A DNA stretch of 64,000 bases. It comes from Candidatus Rifleibacteriota bacterium (GTDB taxonomy: Bacteria > Muiribacteriota > Ozemobacteria > Ozemobacterales > Ozemobacteraceae). Shown here piece after piece: positions 16,940-23,726 of this stretch (the stretch's first letter is position 1; every line of letters starts with the position of its first letter). The notes under the pieces are model-generated. The model did not search any database and was not told where the DNA came from. It worked only from the letters and a program-made list of their open reading frames with translations. The position numbers and the translations under genes were made by a program. The stretch covers positions 14,977 through 78,976 of the forward strand of contig JAHISQ010000101.1 of NCBI GenBank assembly GCA_018818125.1. Direction: 5' to 3'.

Positions 16940-16961
16940 GTCTGTTAAATGAACGTAAAAT
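16940..16961 (-). promoter_or_regulatory. conserved motif GTCTGTTAAATGAACGTAAAAT (copy 3) upstream of the response regulator gene
   Basis: 21/22 identity to copies 1 and 2; lies between the regulator start codon (16761) and the IS3 remnant. Confidence 0.35.
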
Positions 16962-16987
16962 ATTGAAAATAGCCGTGTAGAGCAAAA

Positions 16988-17225
16988 GACCAGGTCCGGG
17001 TTTGATTCTTCACTCTGATCGTGAAAGCGGTATTGCTGCAACGAATTTCGTGCGCTGCTGGCCTTTCATGGGATGAAAAGCAGCATAGCAGAAAAGGAAA
17101 CTGCTGGGACAATGCTGCGGCAGAAAGCTTCTTTGCTTCACTGAAAAAAAGAACAGACCCTGTCTTTTCAGCGCTTTGACCATATCCAGGTAAAGCTTGT
17201 CGAGTTTCTGCTGTTCCTGTGGTAA
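16988..17225 (+). pseudogene. IS3-family transposase (OrfB integrase core) C-terminal remnant, frameshifted and 5-prime truncated
   Basis: Translations give RPGPGLILHSDRESGIAATNFV then, after a frameshift, KGNCWDNAAAESFFASLKKEQTLSF, i.e. the hallmark IS3 motifs HSDRGSQY...SMSRKGNCWDNA.AESFF..LK.E; no upstream catalytic domain and no intact ORF. Confidence 0.6.
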
Positions 17226-17502
17226 CATAGAATTATCTTATCAATCGTGATGTATCCGGGCCTAAATCCCGGTGGCAGAGGAGTTTTACAACGGGCATCA
17301 TCAGGAGTGGAGAATGAGAAACAGTTTTTGTCCTGTTCCGACTGTTTCCTTACGCAGAGTATCTGTGTGCCCGGTACAGCCCATATGCATAAGGCTAAGG
17401 ACTGCTCCCTATTCGGCTTTCCGACCTCTATGCAATGTGATTATGGGAAACATTTGAATACAATGATATTTGCATTTCTCTCATGCGAGGTATATTAAAA
17501 AT

Positions 17503-18534
17503 ATGAATAGATCAAATCCTTTTGAGTTGGGCCCGATAAGACCGGTTGATGAAGCCGGTAGTCTTTTAATTCGTACAACACGGGGCTGTCCATGGAACAA
17601 GTGTGATTTCTGCGTTAACTACAAGGGTATGCCTTTTTCTATCCGAAAAATGGAAGAGATAAGAGCTGATATTGAAGCCGCTGCACAATATTACAACGGG
17701 CGGGCATTTGACTCATGTTTTCTTCAGGATGGTGACAGCTTTATCATGAAGACATCTGATCTTCTGGAGGTTTTAAAGCTTCTCAAGCAGCATTTCCCTA
17801 CACTTACAAGAATTTCCAGCTATGGGCGCGCGCAAACAATGACAACAAAAAGCCTCGAGGAAATGAAAGAAATCTGTAATGCAGGCCTTAATACATTATA
17901 TTGCGGAATGGAATCGGGTTCTGATATCGTCTTGAAAAATATACACAAAGGCACAACCGCAAAAGAGCTTATACACTCTGGCTCTATGGCAAAAGACTCG
18001 GGAATGGTCATCTCCGAGTTTATTATTCTTGGATTGGGAGGGCAGAAACTGTGGAAGGAACATGCACTTGAAACTGCACGCGTACTCAACGAGATAAACC
18101 CGGATTTTATCAGGATCCTTACGATAGGTGTCAAGAAAGGATCTGGATTAGAGAAGCAGTTAGCGGAAGGAAGCTACACGCTTCAGACCGAGACGAATCT
18201 TATTGAAGAGCAGCGACTTCTCATTGAGCATTTGGATGGTATTACAAGCTATTATAAGAATCATCACGGAGTAGACTTGCTCATGGAGGCTCGTGGCCAA
18301 CTGCCTGAAGATAAGGAAAAACTGTTGGCAATAATGGATCGCTATCTCAATTTATCGAAAGAAGAAAGAAATATCTATACTCTGGGAAAGCGAACAGGAC
18401 TGTACAATTGCCTTGACGATATGGACAATAAGGATTTAAGAGTACAGGTAGAGGAAAAGTTAGCAGAAATTCAGAAATTATATCCTGGGCAGCTTGATGA
18501 AGTCTTCCACTATCTACGCGAACAGGTCGTATAG
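17503..18534 (+). CDS. radical SAM superfamily protein with non-canonical C-x4-C-x2-C cluster motif
   Basis: ATG at 17503 (the ORF in the supplied track starts earlier at 17470 without an RBS); TRGCPWNKCDFC in the N-terminal region, then GGDSF (SAM-binding glycine-rich motif) and a TIM-barrel-like pattern; 344 aa, no C-terminal Cys-rich SPASM/twitch domain. Confidence 0.65.
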   Translation: MNRSNPFELGPIRPVDEAGSLLIRTTRGCPWNKCDFCVNYKGMPFSIRKMEEIRADIEAAAQYYNGRAFDSCFLQDGDSFIMKTSDLLEVLKLLKQHFPTLTRISSYGRAQTMTTKSLEEMKEICNAGLNTLYCGMESGSDIVLKNIHKGTTAKELIHSGSMAKDSGMVISEFIILGLGGQKLWKEHALETARVLNEINPDFIRILTIGVKKGSGLEKQLAEGSYTLQTETNLIEEQRLLIEHLDGITSYYKNHHGVDLLMEARGQLPEDKEKLLAIMDRYLNLSKEERNIYTLGKRTGLYNCLDDMDNKDLRVQVEEKLAEIQKLYPGQLDEVFHYLREQVV

Positions 18535-18590
18535 AGGAACTGGTGATAAGGAAACGCTTATGACTCTGGTTTGTTTTGCGAAACAGTGCT

Positions 18591-18731
18591 AAGACACAAG
18601 ACAAGCTTCTCGTCCCTGGCGCCTTGGCTGACACAAATTTGTTCATTTCATTCACTTTCAGAAAGAGATTAATCAGGGTTATCTCTGCAAGGGTCATGAT
18701 CAAAGGTGAATTTAGGGAGTATGAAAAATGA
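18591..18731 (+). pseudogene. BrnT-like (DUF497) type II toxin C-terminal remnant
   Basis: Translation LLVPGALADTNLFISFTFRKRLIRVISARVMIKGEFREYEK* resembles the BrnT C-terminus (..LLVVVYTERGD.IRIISARKATKKER..YE); N-terminal half missing (in-frame stop at 18588); TGA overlaps the ATG of the next ORF (ATGA). Confidence 0.4.
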
Positions 18732-18907
18732 AGAAAATAATTCCAAAATTTAATAACGAACAGGAAGAAAGAGAATTTTGGCTGGCTCATGACTCCTGCG
18801 ATTATGTAGACTGGGCTGACGCTGAAAGAATTGTTTTCCCAAACTTAAAACCCACATCAAAAACAATTTCAATTCGTCTGCCAGAAAGCAAAAATAGAGC
18901 CTCGTAA
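18728..18907 (+). pseudogene. BrnA-like antitoxin, C-terminally truncated (lacks the RHH DNA-binding part)
   Basis: MKKIIPKFNNEQEEREFWLAHDSCDYVDWADAERIVFPNLKPTSKTISIRLPESKNRAS* matches the BrnA N-terminal region (..EAEE.EFWE.HDS.DY.D.S.A....FPNLKPSTKTISLRLPESLL...); ends 5 residues after RLPES where full-length proteins continue about 30 aa. Confidence 0.55.
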
Positions 18908-18949
18908 CAAAAGCGTAAAGAAGGAAATGAAAAAGGATAATAAGAAATT

Positions 18950-19807
18950 TTGAGAAAAAAATATTTAGTGATTTTCTTGATCTTGTTTGTTCTTGTAACA
19001 CAGCACTGTTTCTGTCTGGTTCGTTGTATCACCCAGGAGGAAATATTTCTAGATCGCGGGAATTTAGCCTTATTCATTAACAAATCTCAACCAGAGAATA
19101 TTGTTGTGGGGCCAATTTATGGAAAATATTTTGAGAGTAATGATTTTGGGATAGCTTTCAAAATAATTTCAAGTTTTACACCCACACTTTTTGATAATTT
19201 TATAGATAGCAGCTTTAAGCAGCTTTACCAGCTTGAATTTGCCACCGACAGCCTTGTTTTAAATTTTAAAAAGACTGATGAAGCTGATTGGACTCCGACA
19301 AGTTTATCAGAATTTGTTGGCATGCTCGAATGGTCAAATTATTTAACAGGATGCAGTTATGGAAAAGTTCGGTTCTTTGAAAACTATGAATTAAACTCAA
19401 AGGTATCCGCACTTTTCTGTGTTTTACTGACTATTTTTGCTTCTATCTCTTTGAACAGATGCGTAGCGAAGGAAAAAAGAAATTATTTGTTTTGGCCTAC
19501 TGTTCTTTATTTTTCTTTTTTCTACTATTTGTTCCTCCTTGTTTTGCCGCAGTTTTGCGAAATTTTCCAAGGAATGTCGTTAAATAGATTACCTAACTCC
19601 ACGATTTGCTTATTGACTTCTTTTGATAGTTATTATGGGATGTTTCTTAATTCGATCGTATTTACCCTATTTTCGCCAACAATCTTTTTCCAACTTCGCC
19701 ATATTTTAACGGAACAAAAAGCAAAGTTCCTCCAGGGAGCATGGGTTCTACTTTTTCTTTCCTTCATGGCACTTATGGTTTTTTGTATCTTTATGCCAAT
19801 GCTTTAG
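18950..19807 (+). CDS. hypothetical polytopic membrane protein
   Basis: 285 aa; N-terminal signal/TM; a soluble domain of about 130 aa then four or more TM helices; ends 3 nt before the DDAH-like gene. Confidence 0.45.
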   Translation: MRKKYLVIFLILFVLVTQHCFCLVRCITQEEIFLDRGNLALFINKSQPENIVVGPIYGKYFESNDFGIAFKIISSFTPTLFDNFIDSSFKQLYQLEFATDSLVLNFKKTDEADWTPTSLSEFVGMLEWSNYLTGCSYGKVRFFENYELNSKVSALFCVLLTIFASISLNRCVAKEKRNYLFWPTVLYFSFFYYLFLLVLPQFCEIFQGMSLNRLPNSTICLLTSFDSYYGMFLNSIVFTLFSPTIFFQLRHILTEQKAKFLQGAWVLLFLSFMALMVFCIFMPML

Positions 19808-19837
19808 GTTGTGCGCAGCGTGACATCGCTAAAAAAC

Positions 19838-20650
19838 ATGAAAATTGCTATTGTTAATAGACCTAATTTCGCGCTCAAACAGTGCGAATTGACTTTTCTA
19901 AATCGAGTATCAATAGATCTGGCAACAGCACAAAAACAGCACTCAAACTATATTGAAGCTCTAAGAAATACTGGTGCCCAGGTAGAAGTGCTGGAGGTGA
20001 ATCAGACGTCTCCAGACTCTGCATTCGTTGAAGACGTAGCAGTCATTCTCGATGAGTTAGCTGTAATTACATCTATGGGAATTGCGGCTCGCCGGGAAGA
20101 GGTTATCCTCATGGCAGATCTGATCGCAGGCTTCCGCCAAGAAGTCCGGCATATTCCGCTTCCCGCAACCATTGAAGGCGGCGATGTCTTGAGGGTAGGA
20201 AAAACACTCTTCGTCGGTGAAAGTTCACGCACCAACCGGGCTGGAATCGCAACGCTTGGGGAGATCGTCAGGCCTTTCGGATACAACGTTGTGTCGGTGA
20301 GAGTTCATGGTTGCCTTCATTTAAAAACCGGCGTTACTGCTTTAAATGACGAAACATTTATTCTCAATCCCGACTGGATCGACCCATCGCCTTTTGAAAA
20401 TTTCAAACTAATTCATGTAGCTTCCGACGAACCATGGGGAGCCAATGTGTTACGAATTGAGAATTGTCTAATCGTTAATGCTTCTTATCCACGAACCGCT
20501 GACCGGATCGATGCATTAGGACTTCGGAGTGATAGAGTTTACATATCTGAGTTCGGAAAAGCCGAGGCCGGGCTAACTTGCATGAGTCTGGTTTTCGAAA
20601 AAACGATAACAAGTGCGATAGCCACGTTGCCCAAATCAGGCAAGAATTGA
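19838..20650 (+). CDS. dimethylarginine dimethylaminohydrolase (DDAH)/amidinotransferase-superfamily hydrolase
   Basis: ATG at 19838 (the supplied ORF starts at GTG 19811); motifs GGDVL, VRVHGCLHLKTG and C-terminal EFGKAEAGLTCMSLVF with the catalytic Cys, as in DDAH / arginine deiminase-like enzymes. Confidence 0.65.
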   Translation: MKIAIVNRPNFALKQCELTFLNRVSIDLATAQKQHSNYIEALRNTGAQVEVLEVNQTSPDSAFVEDVAVILDELAVITSMGIAARREEVILMADLIAGFRQEVRHIPLPATIEGGDVLRVGKTLFVGESSRTNRAGIATLGEIVRPFGYNVVSVRVHGCLHLKTGVTALNDETFILNPDWIDPSPFENFKLIHVASDEPWGANVLRIENCLIVNASYPRTADRIDALGLRSDRVYISEFGKAEAGLTCMSLVFEKTITSAIATLPKSGKN

Positions 20651-21676
20651 GTTTCGCACCAAATCGACATTGGCGAGCAACGAATCAATCCAGAAATTTA
20701 CCTGTTCGGCATTTGTCAGATCATTCCAGTGCGAGAAGATCGGAAAATACGGTCCGAGTGGTGTTCGCCCAGGCTGCGGGTGAACTTCGATCATAAAGGA
20801 AAGCTCCTTGGGGTTCTTCCGTTCAAGAGCTCTTTTTAAAAGCATTTTCAGTCCATTCACTCCGAAAATTCCCGGAAGAAGATGAGAACCCTTAAAGGGA
20901 AAAGGAATCCGTATTTTTTGCAGAAAACTAAGGTGATCGCTGACATGCCATCGGCTCAGAGTCGAGCATGGATGCCCATCGTGCAGATGAAAGTGAAGAG
21001 GGCCTTCAAGCCTGGCAAGACGATCGAGAATCTCCATGGTCAGCTCAAAAGCTTCAAGACACGAAAGCTGAATGTCCGCAATAAAACTCGGAAGTTCTGG
21101 CGAATCTGGCGTGAACTCAAACACATTTCGGGTCGGATGCCTGCTTGCAAATTGTTGACGGCAAAAGGTGAGAGCCAGATGGCAGATATCAAGACAGGGA
21201 AAAACCCTTTGACGACCTGGTGTCACCTCGAACAGAGTCAGGAAAAAATCCGGATCGAGCATAGCGGCATATTCGACAAAAACGAATGGAGATTGCTCAA
21301 AAGACCGGAGGCGATGATCTAACTCAAGTAGAGCTTTAAATGTCTTTTCCGGACAGCGTGAAAAATCCTTTTGATCATGAACGATCAATCCGAATATCTT
21401 TCCGGGAGCTGTATCGACGTAGGATATGATTTCTGAAACATCTTCCGGCACAAGAACGTTCAGGTTTCTTAAAAGATGGAGCGAGCATTCATGATTTTCA
21501 GGAAGGAATTTGACAAGCTCCCTGGCTTCTTCAAAGGATTCTGGATACATCTCAACCCCAATTCCGGCTTCGGTCAGTCTTGTCCGGAAAAGTCCGTAGA
21601 GGGAATCATCGCCATCAATTCCCTGTTTTCCGCACATCGCCAGAATTTTTGGAAATGCGTTTTCTTTTTTCATCAT
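20636..21676 (-). CDS. sugar phosphate isomerase/epimerase (xylose isomerase-like TIM barrel) family protein
   Basis: LHFHLHDGH metal-binding motif and MIEVHPQ, N-terminal TIM-barrel pattern; convergent with and overlapping the 3-prime end of the DDAH-like gene by 15 nt. Confidence 0.45.
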   Translation of the reverse strand: MMKKENAFPKILAMCGKQGIDGDDSLYGLFRTRLTEAGIGVEMYPESFEEARELVKFLPENHECSLHLLRNLNVLVPEDVSEIISYVDTAPGKIFGLIVHDQKDFSRCPEKTFKALLELDHRLRSFEQSPFVFVEYAAMLDPDFFLTLFEVTPGRQRVFPCLDICHLALTFCRQQFASRHPTRNVFEFTPDSPELPSFIADIQLSCLEAFELTMEILDRLARLEGPLHFHLHDGHPCSTLSRWHVSDHLSFLQKIRIPFPFKGSHLLPGIFGVNGLKMLLKRALERKNPKELSFMIEVHPQPGRTPLGPYFPIFSHWNDLTNAEQVNFWIDSLLANVDLVRNSILA

Positions 21677-21677
21677 G

Positions 21678-22886
21678 TTACCGCTTCGCTATACTGGTTG
21701 GGGCCATCGGCACCAGGCCAGGAATATTGCCACCGATCTGCGAGAACATTATTGCATACATTGGCGCCTCAAGCTTTCGCGCGGCATTCAACAGACCATC
21801 GTTCGCGCTGCGGGGAAACATCGAGTCCTTTGACAAAAGTGCGTTTACAATTTTTTCGATTGCTGATGGTTTTCTTGTGCCAAGAATATCGTCATAGGCT
21901 CTGCGCCAGCCGAAAAGATGGCAGACGATTCCTTTCTCACCAACCTTCCATAGAGGGGCCGCTTGTTGCGGGGATATCGCGGTTTTGCCAGAATTAAGGT
22001 GGTAAACTCTTGAGAGATCAGGCGTGAGCGCCGCAAAATTCTGTCGGTCAATAAACCTCTTCACCTCGGCGCTTCCAGAGATAACTGTTGCCGGTCTTAT
22101 TCGCAGCAACGCGCGCGGTTCTAGAGTTTCTACATGGAATACACCATCAATGCGTTTGCCGTAAACATACCAGCCCTGACCATTGCTTGTGGCGCTTTCT
22201 ATCTTATCCGTAGAGGTAACAGGTATGCTGTCAGCCGGAAAATCTGGCATGCACATCCGCACAACCTCTCTTTTGCCCGACTGAAAGCTTCTGGTAGCCG
22301 AGTCAAAATGCTCGACCAATCTCAAGCCGCTTTCTTCTGCGCCGACAAATCGCACCAGTCCGTATTCATCACCCGCGATTTGAATTGGCATGTCTGAGAT
22401 AACCAGGGAGTTGCCCTGTCTAACAGGATTTATCAACATAACTTCAATGTCGTCGACCATGTGAGCACCAGCAATTGACTCAAGAGGACTAACCGATTTC
22501 CAGCCGTTAAGCCGCCTTGGCAGCAAAGATTTGAATTTACCTTCGGATTTTGCAGCAGCTTCTTCGTCGATGGCAACATCAACAGTCAGATCTTTGAACC
22601 AGCCGTTTTCTGGTTTACTGAAATCCCAGCAAAGCCTGAGAATCTTACCGCACAGCTCTTTGTCTGGACTGGAGTCCAATTGTATCCACACAGAGCCGTC
22701 ACTTTCTCGTTGATCTTTCTCGGGAAGAATCAGGCAGCCCGACCATGCAGAAATCTCACGATAATTTGCTGCGAATTCAGCAGATTTCTGGTTTGTAAGC
22801 AGTTCCCGAAGGTCATCAGCCAGCAACAGTTGCGGTAACAGCGCACAAATAATCGCCAGAATAAAACATTTCACTGTGTACCTCAT
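21678..22886 (-). CDS. hypothetical secreted protein
   Basis: Signal peptide MRYTVKCFILAIICALLPQLLLADD; 402 aa; start of the two-gene minus-strand unit with the TIM-barrel gene (1-nt gap). Confidence 0.5.
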   Translation of the reverse strand: MRYTVKCFILAIICALLPQLLLADDLRELLTNQKSAEFAANYREISAWSGCLILPEKDQRESDGSVWIQLDSSPDKELCGKILRLCWDFSKPENGWFKDLTVDVAIDEEAAAKSEGKFKSLLPRRLNGWKSVSPLESIAGAHMVDDIEVMLINPVRQGNSLVISDMPIQIAGDEYGLVRFVGAEESGLRLVEHFDSATRSFQSGKREVVRMCMPDFPADSIPVTSTDKIESATSNGQGWYVYGKRIDGVFHVETLEPRALLRIRPATVISGSAEVKRFIDRQNFAALTPDLSRVYHLNSGKTAISPQQAAPLWKVGEKGIVCHLFGWRRAYDDILGTRKPSAIEKIVNALLSKDSMFPRSANDGLLNAARKLEAPMYAIMFSQIGGNIPGLVPMAPTSIAKR

Positions 22887-23000
22887 TTTAACCCCTCAGA
22901 ATTACTGCTTTGTCATCAAATCAAATCTTATTCAAAATTATACTATAGTAAGTTGATTCTCTCGCCAACACCTGGTAAAAAATCACACGCCGATCGGCAA

Positions 23001-23030
23001 GAAAACAACTATTGGCTTGCCAGTTCTACT
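23001..23030. repeat. direct repeat copy 1 (GAAAACAACTATTGGCTTGCCAGTTCTACT), duplicate of the 3-prime end of the VOC gene
   Basis: 23/24 identical to 26416-26439; reverse complement encodes V-E-L-A-S-Q-stop, the C-terminus of the VOC protein at 26418. Confidence 0.6.
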
Positions 23031-23174
23031 CCTATCACTCATTTTGCTCAACTCTCTGATAACAGTATTATTAAAAAACAACCATGTGAATTTGTAAGCA
23101 TATTATATTTGAAACAATCACTACGAAAGAATATAATCAACTCGACAAATAATACACATAACTCCTAGAGGTAA

Positions 23175-23723
23175 ATGATGCTGAAAAGAATATTTGTTTT
23201 TTTCATATTTGCTCTTTCGTTTTTTCCTGTTTCTGCTGAAAAAATCGATGTTAACGAACTCCTTGATCAGGCTGACATACTTCTAAAAAAAGCCTGGGAA
23301 GCAGATGATAATGCCCAATTTGACAAGAGCAAAAAGCTTTACGAACAATATCTCCAATTCCTTACGCAGGCTGCTGATGCCGGTTCTGCTAACACATGCT
23401 TCAAGTTAGCACGGCACTACAGTATAACCCATTCACCCGAAAGCATTAAATGGGCTAAAGAAGGCGCTGAAAGGGGCGATCCAGAAGCAATGGAATTGCT
23501 CGGGCAAAAATATTTCGTAGGCAAAGAGATAGAACAAAATTGGCTTAAAACTCATTATTATTACATGCTTGCCATAAAAATTGGTGGCGAAAAACATATG
23601 AGAGGAACTGTAGAACGTGTCAGACGGCTTGAAAGGCGTTTAACCGCCGAGCAGATAGCAAACACAAAAAAACTGCTGGAAGAGTTTAAACCCAAAACAA
23701 TCTCGTTCGGCCAAAAGGAATAA
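23175..23723 (+). CDS. Sel1-like repeat protein, secreted
   Basis: Signal peptide MMLKRIFVFFIFALSFFPVSA; Sel1-type repeats (AADAGSANTCFKLARHY..., KWAKEGAERGDPEAMELLGQKYFVGKEIEQNWLKT). Confidence 0.6.
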   Translation: MMLKRIFVFFIFALSFFPVSAEKIDVNELLDQADILLKKAWEADDNAQFDKSKKLYEQYLQFLTQAADAGSANTCFKLARHYSITHSPESIKWAKEGAERGDPEAMELLGQKYFVGKEIEQNWLKTHYYYMLAIKIGGEKHMRGTVERVRRLERRLTAEQIANTKKLLEEFKPKTISFGQKE

Positions 23724-23726
23724 ACA

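Noticed and set aside
17247-17498. Two small plus-strand ORFs between the IS3 remnant and the radical SAM gene
   Set aside because: Cys/Arg-rich, no RBS, overlapping each other; likely noncoding leader or IS debris
18347-19001. Minus-strand ORFs 18347-18790 and 18750-19001
   Set aside because: Low-complexity Phe/Leu-rich translations that overlap the radical SAM 3-prime end and the brnTA remnant, which reads convincingly on the plus strand
21476-21997. 173-aa and 105-aa plus-strand ORFs
   Set aside because: Overlap two well-supported minus-strand genes (TIM-barrel and secreted protein); Arg/Cys-rich antisense-type translation
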